Source: an uncultured Spirochaetales bacterium (lineage in GTDB: Bacteria; Myxococcota_A; UBA9160; UBA6930). From it: a DNA stretch of 30,785 nt. Each line of letters opens with the position of its first letter. Positions within the stretch are counted from its first letter, which is position 1. The translations under genes and the position numbers were made by a program. Of the stretch, positions 1-10,738 are shown one piece after another. Under the pieces are notes generated by a model that saw only the letters and a list, made by a program, of their open reading frames with translations, ran no database searches and was not told where the DNA came from. The DNA lies in contig CAZJXU010000070.1 of NCBI GenBank assembly GCA_964550095.1, forward strand, positions 1 through 30,785. The letters are read 5' to 3'.

Positions 1-1
1 C

Positions 2-415
2 GGGCTGCGCGTTCTGGTGGCGGACGACGACCTCGGCATTGCGCGCACCATGAAGGAAATCCTGGAAGCGGACGGCTGCTCGGTGGCCACCGCCAGCGAC
101 GGACTGGAAGCGCTCGAGCGCATCCAGTCCGAGCCCTTCGACGTGCTGCTCACCGACGTGGTGATGCCGAACATGGACGGCCACGAACTCTACCAGCGCT
201 GCCGGGCGCTGCGCCCGAAGCTCCCGGTGCTGATGATGACGGCCTTTCACCACGACAAGGATCACATCATCAAGCAGAGTCGCCTCGCGGGCTTGCAGCA
301 GGTGATCTTCAAGAAGCCCGTGGACCCGGACCGCCTGCGCGAAGCGCTGATCGCCGCGACAAAGCCTCCCTCCGCGCCCGCCGAGGCCGCGCCCGGCGCC
401 AAGGATCCGGCGTAA
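2..415 (+). CDS. Response-regulator receiver (REC) domain protein, 5'-truncated by the window edge
   Basis: Frame is open from nt 2: GLRVLVADDDLGIA (acidic pocket), LLTDVVMP (phospho-Asp), MMTA (Thr), FKKPVD (Lys-Pro). TAA at 413-415. Could be a single-domain protein or the C-terminus of a larger one. Confidence 0.85.
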   Translation, partial: GLRVLVADDDLGIARTMKEILEADGCSVATASDGLEALERIQSEPFDVLLTDVVMPNMDGHELYQRCRALRPKLPVLMMTAFHHDKDHIIKQSRLAGLQQVIFKKPVDPDRLREALIAATKPPSAPAEAAPGAKDPA

Positions 416-526
416 GTCACCTTGGGGTTGCGCGCGCGTCTTTGCGGCGCCGCCCACCGCCGCGCTTCTGCGCCGCCATCGCACGCGCATTTGCTGCGCC
501 GCACCGACGGACGCCGCGCGTCTGCT

Positions 527-1255
527 TCAACTGCCGAGCGGTCGATACGCCAGGGTGAGCGCGTGAATCTTCTGCGCGCCTTTGCTGCGCAGCGCCCGCG
601 CCGCTTCGGTCAGGGTGGCGCCGGTGGTCGCCACGTCGTCCACCAGCCAGACATGTCTGGCGACGGGCGCACGCGCGGCGAAGGCGCCCGACACGTTGCG
701 CAGGCGCTCGGCGCGCGTCAGGGCGGTTTGACTCGGCGTGTTTCGGGTGCGCACCAGGGCGTCGAGGTCCAGCCCGGCGCCGATTTTCCGCGCGACTTGT
801 CTTGCGAGCAGGGCCGAGGGGTTGAAGCCGCGCGCGCGCAGGCGCTCTCTATGCAGCGGAATCGGAATCACTGCACCCGGCGCGGCGCCACCGGGCACGC
901 TCTCCGCCGCGCGCCGGATCCAGCAGCGCGCCACCGCGTTTGCCGCCGGGTCCAGCCCGGTGAGGCCGCGGCCCGGGTACTTGAAGCGTCGCACCCAGTC
1001 TCGCGCCGAGCCTTCGTAAGCCGCCGCCGATGTCCAGCTCGCAAGGGGGGCCGGGGCCGGCGCGTCCGGCAAGCGCTGCGGCGTTTGCACGTCGCAGCGA
1101 TGACACAGCGCATCGCCCTCCGTGCCGCGGCCGCAGTCTGCACACACCGAGGGCAACAGCAGCCAGGTCCAGCCGGCCAGGGCTTCTCGCAGCGCGGCGC
1201 CGGGCTTCGCTGGCTTCGCTGGCAGGGCGGGCAAGACGGAAAAGGGGGAGCGCAC
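527..1255 (-). CDS. comF: ComF family protein (zinc finger plus phosphoribosyltransferase-like domain)
   Basis: CADC...CHRC Cys motif, KY, IPIPLH..RL..RGFNPS, R.T.SQ..L.RAER..NV.GAF, LVDDVATTGATL PRT motif. GTG start 6 nt after the gpmI stop. Confidence 0.8.
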   Translation of the reverse strand: MRSPFSVLPALPAKPAKPGAALREALAGWTWLLLPSVCADCGRGTEGDALCHRCDVQTPQRLPDAPAPAPLASWTSAAAYEGSARDWVRRFKYPGRGLTGLDPAANAVARCWIRRAAESVPGGAAPGAVIPIPLHRERLRARGFNPSALLARQVARKIGAGLDLDALVRTRNTPSQTALTRAERLRNVSGAFAARAPVARHVWLVDDVATTGATLTEAARALRSKGAQKIHALTLAYRPLGS

Positions 1256-1261
1256 GCGGCC

Positions 1262-2806
1262 TTACTCCGGCACGACCAGGCTGCGCCCTGTCATCGAGTC
1301 GGGCCTCGGAATGTCCAGCAGTTCCAGCAGGGTGGGCGCCACGTCGGAAAGGCGGCCGTTCGCAAGGCGCCTGCCGCCCGTGTCCGGCGACGCCCACAGG
1401 ATGGGAACAGGGTTGGTGGTGTGCGCGGTGTGCGGGCCGCCGCCCGAAGGGTCGATCATCTGTTCGCAGTTGCCGTGGTCGGCCGTAATCAGCACCTCGC
1501 CGCCTTTGCCCAGCACCTGTTCCACGATTTCGGCGAGGCAGGCATCGACGCTCTCGACGGCCTTTTGCGCCGCCGGCAAAACACCGGTGTGCCCCACCAT
1601 GTCGGGGTTGGCGAAGTTCACCAGCACGAAGGCGTAGGGCTTTTGTTCCAGCTCCTGCAGCAGGCGCCGGGTGAGCAAAGGCGCGCTCATCTCCGGCTTG
1701 TGGTCGTAGGTCGCCACCTCGCGCGGCGAAGGAATCAGCACGCGCTCTTCTCCGGGGAAGGGCGCCTCGCGCCCGCAATTAAAGAAAAACGTAACGTGGG
1801 CGTATTTTTCGGTTTCCGCCATGCGCAGCTGCGGCCGGTTCTGCGCTGCAACCAGCTCGCCGAGGATGGCTTCGTGACTCTGCGTGGGAAAGGCCGCGGG
1901 CAGGTCGAATGCCGCGTCGTATTCGGTCATGCACACGAAGCGCCGCAGCTTCGGCGCATCGGCAAAGCCCGGGCGTTGCGCGTAGCGCTCCGGGCACTGC
2001 CCGCTGAGCACGGCGGCAAGCTGGCGCGCGCGGTCGGCGCGAAAGTTCGCAAAGATGACATGATCGCCGGCTTCGATGCGGGCGCCGCCTTCGATCAGGG
2101 TCGGCTCCACGAATTCATCGCCGACGCCGCGCTGGTAACTCGCCTGCAGCGCTTCGATTGCATCCGCCGCGCGCCATTTCGCCTCGCCGCGCACCAGTGC
2201 GTCGAAGACGCGCTGCACGCGCTCCCAGCGCCCGTCCCGGTCCATGGCGAAGTAGCGGCCGCTGACGCTCGCGATGCGCCCGCCGCAGCGCTCGAGGCCG
2301 GCCTGCAGCGCCTCGAGGTAACGCGCGGCGCTTTTCGGCGGCGTGTCGCGGCCGTCCAGGAAGGCGTGAAACATGGGCGCCGCGCCCAGCTCGGCGCAGG
2401 CGGCGCACAGCGCTTCCAGGTGCGCGAGATGCGAATGCACCCCGCCGTCGGAAACCAGGCCGAGCAGGTGCAGCCGTCCGCCCTCCCGCACAGGCAGCTC
2501 GATGGCCTCTTTCAGCACAGCGTTCCCGCTCGCGCCGTGTTCCTCGAAGAACCGTGAAATGCGCGTGATGTCCTGGTCGATGATGCGTCCCGCGCCGAGC
2601 GTCATATGTCCGACTTCGGAGTTGCCCATCTGCCCTTCGGGCAGGCCCACCGCCGCGCCGCTGGTCTCAAGCTCCGCCGCGGGCCACTGCGCGCGCGCCC
2701 TGTCCAGGAAGGGCGTGTGTGCGCGCGCCACGGCGTCGCCTGCACCGCCGTCCCCGATGCCGAAGCCGTCGAGCACCACCAGCATGACCGGTCCGCGCGT
2801 TTTCAT
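1262..2806 (-). CDS. gpmI: 2,3-bisphosphoglycerate-independent phosphoglycerate mutase
   Basis: LVVLDGFG, GQMGNSEVGH (phospho-Ser), GLVSDGGVHSH, HAFLDGRDT, NFRADR, AETEKYAHVTFFF, NFANPDMVGHTG, TADHGN, HTAHT. ATG at 2806 overlaps the rsfS stop (ATGA); the ORF-track start at 3004 is too long. Confidence 0.95.
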   Translation of the reverse strand: MKTRGPVMLVVLDGFGIGDGGAGDAVARAHTPFLDRARAQWPAAELETSGAAVGLPEGQMGNSEVGHMTLGAGRIIDQDITRISRFFEEHGASGNAVLKEAIELPVREGGRLHLLGLVSDGGVHSHLAHLEALCAACAELGAAPMFHAFLDGRDTPPKSAARYLEALQAGLERCGGRIASVSGRYFAMDRDGRWERVQRVFDALVRGEAKWRAADAIEALQASYQRGVGDEFVEPTLIEGGARIEAGDHVIFANFRADRARQLAAVLSGQCPERYAQRPGFADAPKLRRFVCMTEYDAAFDLPAAFPTQSHEAILGELVAAQNRPQLRMAETEKYAHVTFFFNCGREAPFPGEERVLIPSPREVATYDHKPEMSAPLLTRRLLQELEQKPYAFVLVNFANPDMVGHTGVLPAAQKAVESVDACLAEIVEQVLGKGGEVLITADHGNCEQMIDPSGGGPHTAHTTNPVPILWASPDTGGRRLANGRLSDVAPTLLELLDIPRPDSMTGRSLVVPE

Positions 2807-3180
2807 GCGTCGCTCTCCATGTCGCGCAAGATCTCCTCGTCGAACAGGCGCGCGCCGTCCTCCCAGAGTCGCTCCAGGTCGTAGTGCGCGCGCCACTCGT
2901 TCAGAAAAATGTGAAAGATGATGTCTCCCAGATCGATCAGTATCCAGTGGGCTTCGTCGTAGCCCTCCGTGCCGCGCTTTTCGAGGCCCTCCTGCGCCGC
3001 GCATTCCAGCACCGCGTCGGCGACGGCGCGCACGTTGCGGTCGGAGGTTCCGCTGCAGATGATAAACACTTCGGCCAGCGGAAAGAACGCCCTGACATCC
3101 AGCGCGACCAGCTCCCGCGCGCCCCGCTCGAGCGCGGCGCGCGCCAGCGACCGCGCCTGCATGCGGCTGTCCGCCTCCAC
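2803..3180 (-). CDS. rsfS: Ribosome silencing factor RsfS (Iojap)
   Basis: LVALDV...EVFIICSGTSDRNVRAVAD, WILIDLGDIIFHIF...R.HYDLERLW. GTG at 3180 lies 2 nt after the nadD stop; alternative ATG at 3162. Confidence 0.9.
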   Translation of the reverse strand: MEADSRMQARSLARAALERGARELVALDVRAFFPLAEVFIICSGTSDRNVRAVADAVLECAAQEGLEKRGTEGYDEAHWILIDLGDIIFHIFLNEWRAHYDLERLWEDGARLFDEEILRDMESDA

Positions 3181-3182
3181 GC

Positions 3183-3902
3183 TCAAGCCGGCTTTCCCGC
3201 GCGGCAAGGGTCGTAGCAACCGCTCTGCTGCGCCTGCGCCGCGACGCCCGGCGGCAGCAGGTCTTCTACCGGCAGGCCCTCGCGCAGGCGTCGCCGCACG
3301 CAGGTGGAAGAAATGTCCAGCCCTGCAACATCGATGCGCCGGATCCAGGTGCGCGTCTTGGCGTTCCACGCCGCTTCCCCGTCCGCCTGGTAGGCGAAGC
3401 CCCCGGCCGGAGGAATCGGCAGCCAGCGTCCGGCGGGCAGGGCGGCAGCGCCCGGGCGGCGCATCACCAGTACGTGGCACAGCGCCAAAAGCTCCTCGGG
3501 CCTTCGCCACTCGGCCAGCCCGGCGAAGGCGTCTTCTCCTATCAGAAACACCGGCCTTTCCTTCAGCCTGCCCTGCAGGATGCGCATGGTATCGACGGTG
3601 TAGGAAATGCCGCCCTGTTCGATCTCCAGCGCATCGACTTCGAAGGCGGGCTCGCCCTCCGTGGCGCGCCGCAGCCAGGCCAGGCGCAAGCGGCCGGGCG
3701 CCGTCGGCGCCTGCGCTTCCTTGAGCGGAGAAATTGCGGCCGGCACAAAGATCACGCGCGAAAGCCCGAGCCGCTTTTGCACCTGCGCGGCGGCGTGCAG
3801 GTGGCCGCGATGCACCGGGTCGAAGGCGCCCCCGAAGACGCCCACGCCGCCCCGGGCCCGCAGCGCCTCCTCTGCGCGTTTAGCATCCCGTTCAACGTCC
3901 AA
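3183..3902 (-). CDS. nadD: Nicotinate-nucleotide adenylyltransferase
   Basis: GVFGGAFDPVHRGH (HxGH), SYTVDT, FLIGEDAF...WRRPEELL, DISST; position between proA and rsfS. Start uncertain (TTG at 3902 chosen). Confidence 0.9.
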   Translation of the reverse strand: MDVERDAKRAEEALRARGGVGVFGGAFDPVHRGHLHAAAQVQKRLGLSRVIFVPAAISPLKEAQAPTAPGRLRLAWLRRATEGEPAFEVDALEIEQGGISYTVDTMRILQGRLKERPVFLIGEDAFAGLAEWRRPEELLALCHVLVMRRPGAAALPAGRWLPIPPAGGFAYQADGEAAWNAKTRTWIRRIDVAGLDISSTCVRRRLREGLPVEDLLPPGVAAQAQQSGCYDPCRAGKPA

Positions 3903-5187
3903 GTTGACCTTCGCCACGAAGCACAAACTTTCGCGTGGTCAGCTCCTTGAGACCCATCGGGCCGAAGCTGTGAATTTTTGAAGTGGAAATGCCGATCTCG
4001 GCGCCGAGACCGAGCCGGTAGCCGTCGGCAAAGGCGGTGGAGCAGTTGACGCCCACGGTGGAGGAGTCCACCCGTCGCAGCCATTCCCGGCCTCGCGCCT
4101 CGTCAGCGGTGATGATCACGTCGGTGTGCTCGCTGCCGTAACGCCGCACGTGTTCGATGGCCGCGTCCATGCCGGGAACCACGCGCACCGCCAGCCTCTT
4201 GTCGAGATACTCCGCGCGCCAGTCGGATTCGTCGGCCGCCCTGGCCGCCGGGAACACTTCCCGGGTGCGCGCGCAGCCGCGAATTTCCACGCCTTCCTTT
4301 TGCAGCATGCCGAGCACCCCGGGCAGCAGCGTTTCGGCGGCCGCTTCGTGACACAGCAGGGTTTCCAGCGCGTTGCACACCGCCATCTGGCCGATCTTGG
4401 AATCGCGCACCACGGGCAGCGCGATATCCCGGTCTGCACTTTCGTCCAGGTAGATGTGGCACACGCCGGCGTCGTGAGCGATCACGGGGATGGTGCTCTG
4501 CGCTTTCACCTTGCGCACCAGTTCGCTGCCGCCGCGCGGAATCACCAGGTCGATGTACCTGTCCAGCGTGAGCAGGTGATCCACCACCGCGCGCGATGCA
4601 GTGGGCGCCATGAAAACGGCCTCGGGCGGGATGCCCGTTTCTTGCGCCGCGCGCTGCAGCACGGCGCCCAGGGCCTGGTTGGTGCGGAAGGCCTCGCTGC
4701 CGCCGCGCAGGATCACGGCGTTGCCCGCTTTCACGCACAGCGCGGCGGCGTCCACCGTGACGTTCGGCCTGGATTCGTACACGATGGCGATCACGCCGAT
4801 CGGGATGCGCATGCGTGCTACGTGCAGGCCGTTCTCGAGCACGCGCGCCTCTTCCAGCTCGCCCACCGGGTCCGGCAGCTTCGCCACCTGGCCAAGACCG
4901 TCCAGCATGTCGCGCCACTTGTCTTCGCTGATTGCGAGGCGCCGCAGCAGGGGCGGGGCGATCTCCTTTTCCCGCGCCGCTTCCACGTCTTCGGCGTTGG
5001 CTTCAAGAATGGTTTCGCGCGCTTCTTCCAGGCGCTTTCCCGCGCACGAAAGCCAGGCGTTCCGGGTTTCGCCGGGCAGCTCGGCGAGCACGCGCGAAGC
5101 GGCGCGCGCCTCCCGCGCAATCGCTTCCACTTGCGCTTCCAGCGCCGCCGCTTCCGCTTCGCCTTCCGTTTTTTGCTGTCGGTCCAT
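3892..5187 (-). CDS. proA: Gamma-glutamyl phosphate reductase
   Basis: PIGVIAIVYESRPNVT, GNAVILRGGSEA, DLVIPRGG, VCNALETLL (catalytic Cys), STAFADG.RLGLGAEIGIST. ATG at 5187; alternative GTG at 5223 would overlap the proB stop (GTGA). Confidence 0.95.
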   Translation of the reverse strand: MDRQQKTEGEAEAAALEAQVEAIAREARAASRVLAELPGETRNAWLSCAGKRLEEARETILEANAEDVEAAREKEIAPPLLRRLAISEDKWRDMLDGLGQVAKLPDPVGELEEARVLENGLHVARMRIPIGVIAIVYESRPNVTVDAAALCVKAGNAVILRGGSEAFRTNQALGAVLQRAAQETGIPPEAVFMAPTASRAVVDHLLTLDRYIDLVIPRGGSELVRKVKAQSTIPVIAHDAGVCHIYLDESADRDIALPVVRDSKIGQMAVCNALETLLCHEAAAETLLPGVLGMLQKEGVEIRGCARTREVFPAARAADESDWRAEYLDKRLAVRVVPGMDAAIEHVRRYGSEHTDVIITADEARGREWLRRVDSSTVGVNCSTAFADGYRLGLGAEIGISTSKIHSFGPMGLKELTTRKFVLRGEGQLGR

Positions 5188-5219
5188 GCCGCCGGCTCCG
5201 CTTTCATGCGCCCTGCGCC

Positions 5220-7513
<2,294 letters not shown>

Positions 7514-7801
7514 CTAGTGGTTCGGGCGTGCAGCGGCTTCGGGAGCGCTCGCCTTCGGCTCTACGCGCGCCGTTGTTTTGCCCCGCGACTTGCCGTAACC
7601 GACCACGCCGTCCGTCAGTGCGAACAGGGTGTAGTCGCGGCCGCAGCCGACGCCCGGGCCGGCGTGGATGCGCGTGCCCACCTGGCGCACCAGGATGTTG
7701 CCGGCCCGCACGTGCTGGCCGCCGAACTTCTTGACGCCGCGCCGTTGCGCGTTGGAATCGCGCCCGTTGCGCGAGCTGCCCTGACCTTTCTTGTGACTCA
7801 T
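7514..7801 (-). CDS. rpmA: 50S ribosomal protein L27
   Basis: [44 protein letters not shown]. Confidence 0.97.
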   Translation of the reverse strand: MSHKKGQGSSRNGRDSNAQRRGVKKFGGQHVRAGNILVRQVGTRIHAGPGVGCGRDYTLFALTDGVVGYGKSRGKTTARVEPKASAPEAAARPNH

Positions 7802-8124
7802 GATGCCTTCCCCTCGCCTTCGATGGCTTCGATGCGGACTTCGGTGTAGGGCTGGCGATGGCCCTGCTTGCGCCGGTAGTTCTTGCGGCGCTTCATCTTG
7901 AACACCGTGATTTTCGGGGCGCGCGCCTGGGCGGTGATGGCGCCGCGCACGAAGGCGCCGGGCACCAGCGGCCTGCCGACGCGCGGCGCGCCGTCGCCGC
8001 CCACCAGCACCACCTCGTCAAAGCGCACCGCGTCGCCCACCGCGCCCGCCAGTTTTTCCACGCGCACGGTCTGGCCGGGCGTTACGCGAAGCTGTTTGCC
8101 GCCGCTGCGCACCACTGCGTACAT
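7798..8124 (-). CDS. rplU: 50S ribosomal protein L21
   Basis: [44 protein letters not shown] Shine-Dalgarno at 8133-8138; ATG overlaps the upstream TGA (TGATG). Confidence 0.97.
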   Translation of the reverse strand: MYAVVRSGGKQLRVTPGQTVRVEKLAGAVGDAVRFDEVVLVGGDGAPRVGRPLVPGAFVRGAITAQARAPKITVFKMKRRKNYRRKQGHRQPYTEVRIEAIEGEGKAS

Positions 8125-10277
8125 CAATCCTTCTCCTCGGGGCGGGTGAGTATCGGAGATTTGGGGGTTTCGTCAAGAGCCCCGCCGGCCCCGGCCGATT
8201 CCCCGCCTGCCGCCGCTCCGACCGGCCTCCCGGCGCCCGCCTCTCCGGCCTCGGTCGCCCTATCGCTTTCGGGCCCGGAGGCCGGGCCTGCGCCGTCCCC
8301 GGTCGTTTCCGGGATCTCGTCGGCCTCAAAGCCCCCGGTCGTTTCCGGAACTGCGGCGGCCCGCGCCTCGTCCTCAGCCCCGTCCTCCGCATCGGCGGCG
8401 CTTTCGCCCGGCGGCGTCGCCCCGGCGAGAGGCGCCTTGTCGCCTTCCTCCGCCTCGCTTCCTGCCGGGGCCGCCGTCTCGGCGGACTCGGCCTCCGCCG
8501 AAGGCAAGGCGTCCTCGCCTGCGAACCCGGCCTCCGCCACGGCGCTCTCCGCGTCCTCATCCATGTCGGCGGGCCCGACCTCCGCCTCCGGCGCCGCGCT
8601 CTCCGCATCCTCTGCATCATCCGCGTCCGCGTCCATGTCCGCGAACCCGGCCTCGTCGTCCAGCGGGTCGTCTTCGTCGTCATCGTCCAGGCCGGGCAGC
8701 CGCGCCGCGCGCTCCCCCACGCCCTGCTCGGCCAGCTCGTCGAGCCAGCTCGCCCCCGCCCCTTCGGCTTCGGCGCCGCCCGGCGCGAGAGAGGCGATCT
8801 CGAACTGTTCGGGGTGCGCGCCGGAGCGGGCGCGCACTTCGACTTCGATGCCGAGTTCTTTTTCGAGCGCGGCCAGCGAGGCGCCGGCCGGCCCGAGCAG
8901 GTGCTCGGCGACATGGTTGTTCACCTTCACGACGACCCCCTTGCCGGAAAGCCGCGTGATGTCCTTGCGAATTTCGCGCAATACCCGGTATGCAGTGGTT
9001 TCGTGCGAAGCCAGGTAGCCCTTGCCGTCGCAGTGGGAACAGGGCTCGCACAGGGTCTGCACCAGGTTTTCCCGCGTGCGCTTGCGCGTCATTTCCACCA
9101 GGCCCAGTGCGCTGATGTCGAGGATGTTGGTCTTGGCCTTGTCCCGGCGGAAGGCATCGCGCAGCGCCTGGTTCACGGTCTTCAGGTTCTCTGCAACCTC
9201 CATGTCGATCAGGTCGATGATGATCAGGCCTCCGATGTCGCGAAAGCGAAGCTGGTTCGCGACTTCCTGCACCGCTTCCAGGTTGGTTTGCAGGATGGTC
9301 TGTTCCACGTCGCCCCGTCCGACATAGCGCCCGGTGTTGACGTCGATGGAAGTCAGCGCCTCGTTCTGGTCGATCACCAGGTAGCCGCCGCTTTTCAGCG
9401 CCACCCGTCGCCCCAGGTTGTCGTCGAGCACCGATTCGGCGCCGAAGTGTTCGAAAATCGGCGCGGCGCCCTGGTAGTGTTCGATGCGCGGCTTCGGCTC
9501 CGAGGCGAACTCGTCCACGAAGCGCAGCATCTTTTCGTACACCTCTTTGCTATCGACCAGGATGTGCTCGGTGCCGCGGCCCACGAAGTCGCGCACCACG
9601 CGCAGCGCCAGCTCGGGGTTGGCGTAGAGCAGCGCCGGCGCCTTCACCTGCTCCTTCAGTATCTGGATGTCGTCCCAGGTCCGCGTCAGGTAGCGGAGGT
9701 CTGCGGCCAGGTCGCTTTCTTGCAGGCCTGCCCCCGCGGTGCGGATGATGAAGCCCAGGTCCGCCGGCTTCAGGCGCTTCAGCATGCCGCGCAGCCGGCG
9801 CCGCTCGCTCTCCGGCTGAATCTTCCGGGAGAGGCCGATGCCCTGCGACCACGGCGTCAGCACCAGGTGCCGGCCCGCGATCGACACGCGGGAGTTGACG
9901 CGCGCGCCCTTGCTGCCGATCGGCTCCTTGGCGATCTGCACCAGGATTTCCTGCCCCTCTTCGAGCAGGGTGTCGATGCTCGGCGCGTCGCGGTTCTTGC
10001 GCCCGCGCCTTCGGCCGTTCCCCTCTTCTTCGTCCCCGAGTTCCTCGATGTCTTCGACGTAGTCGGCGGCGGCCAGGTAGCCCGCCTTTTCCAGGCCGAT
10101 ATCGACGAAGGCCGCCTGCATGCCGGGCAGCACCCGGTTGACGCGGCCCTTGACCACCTGGCCTTCCACGCGCCGGCTTCCGCTGCGCTCCAGGTGGAAC
10201 TCCACGAAGGCTTTCTTTTCGAACACCGCGACCCGGGTTTCCCCGGGCGTGGCGTTGATCACGATCTTGTTTTGCAT
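8124..10277 (-). CDS. Rne/Rng family endoribonuclease (RNase G-like catalytic domain) with long acidic C-terminal tail
   Basis: VLPGMQAAFVDIG, QILVQIAKEPIGSKGARV, ALTSIDVNTG, DIGGLIIIDLIDM, GLVEMTRKR, C..C.GKG zinc link, then ~220 aa rich in D/E/A/G. ATG at 10277 with GGAG upstream. rne versus rng not decidable by eye. Confidence 0.9.
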   Translation of the reverse strand: MQNKIVINATPGETRVAVFEKKAFVEFHLERSGSRRVEGQVVKGRVNRVLPGMQAAFVDIGLEKAGYLAAADYVEDIEELGDEEEGNGRRRGRKNRDAPSIDTLLEEGQEILVQIAKEPIGSKGARVNSRVSIAGRHLVLTPWSQGIGLSRKIQPESERRRLRGMLKRLKPADLGFIIRTAGAGLQESDLAADLRYLTRTWDDIQILKEQVKAPALLYANPELALRVVRDFVGRGTEHILVDSKEVYEKMLRFVDEFASEPKPRIEHYQGAAPIFEHFGAESVLDDNLGRRVALKSGGYLVIDQNEALTSIDVNTGRYVGRGDVEQTILQTNLEAVQEVANQLRFRDIGGLIIIDLIDMEVAENLKTVNQALRDAFRRDKAKTNILDISALGLVEMTRKRTRENLVQTLCEPCSHCDGKGYLASHETTAYRVLREIRKDITRLSGKGVVVKVNNHVAEHLLGPAGASLAALEKELGIEVEVRARSGAHPEQFEIASLAPGGAEAEGAGASWLDELAEQGVGERAARLPGLDDDDEDDPLDDEAGFADMDADADDAEDAESAAPEAEVGPADMDEDAESAVAEAGFAGEDALPSAEAESAETAAPAGSEAEEGDKAPLAGATPPGESAADAEDGAEDEARAAAVPETTGGFEADEIPETTGDGAGPASGPESDRATEAGEAGAGRPVGAAAGGESAGAGGALDETPKSPILTRPEEKD
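8149..8176 (-). promoter_or_regulatory. Putative sigma70-type promoter for rplU-rpmA-obgE, inside the last codons of rne/rng
   Basis: Minus strand TTGACG-N16-GATACT followed by GAGGAG SD and the rplU ATG; locally AT-rich. The 16-nt spacer is suboptimal. Confidence 0.55.
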
Positions 10278-10738
10278 CTCCGCCCGTTTTTGACAGGCGG
10301 CCCGGAAGAATGTTCCACCGCGCCGCTCAGTCTGCGGCCGCGCCATGGAGCGAAGGCTGGATAAGCCGCCCGCGTGCGGGCGGAGGCGGGATCAGACGGA
10401 GTCCGCGGCTCCCGGTGTGGAGCGCGGCTGGACGGGTTCCATGCCGGATTGCCCGCAGCGTTGACCTGAATCGTTTCGTATCATGAAGGACTTCTCTTTC
10501 ACGGCCCGCCGACATGAGGCGCGCGCGCTCCGGTCAATCCCGCCGGTCGTCCTGCGCGCGGCTCCCGTCAAGCCCCGGCCCCCTGGTCTTGCGTTCTCCC
10601 GCCCCGGCGCCTTGCCGGGTTTCGGGGTCGATTTCAGGGGCCGGGTCAGGCCGAAAAATCACTGGAAAAGAGGATGATGCATTTTCTGGAAAAGCGCAAG
10701 GCTTGGCGATGCCCGGTTTCCCCCGGGGGAACGCGGTC

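Noticed and set aside
8290-8350. PETTG twice in the RNase tail as a sortase LPXTG signal
   Set aside because: Cytoplasmic enzyme, no following hydrophobic anchor or basic tail, motif mismatch.
10461-10484. TTGACC...TATCAT promoter and the 64-aa ORF 10483-10677
   Set aside because: The spacer is only 12 nt; the ORF has no SD and no recognisable motif. TATCAT alone might still be a -10 (also at 23692 and 15626), but this cannot be supported.
10278-10738. tRNA-Sec, RNase P RNA or another ncRNA next to selA
   Set aside because: No TTCAAA anticodon loop, T-loop or RNase P signature found by eye; a covariance-model search (tRNAscan-SE, Infernal/Rfam) would be decisive.
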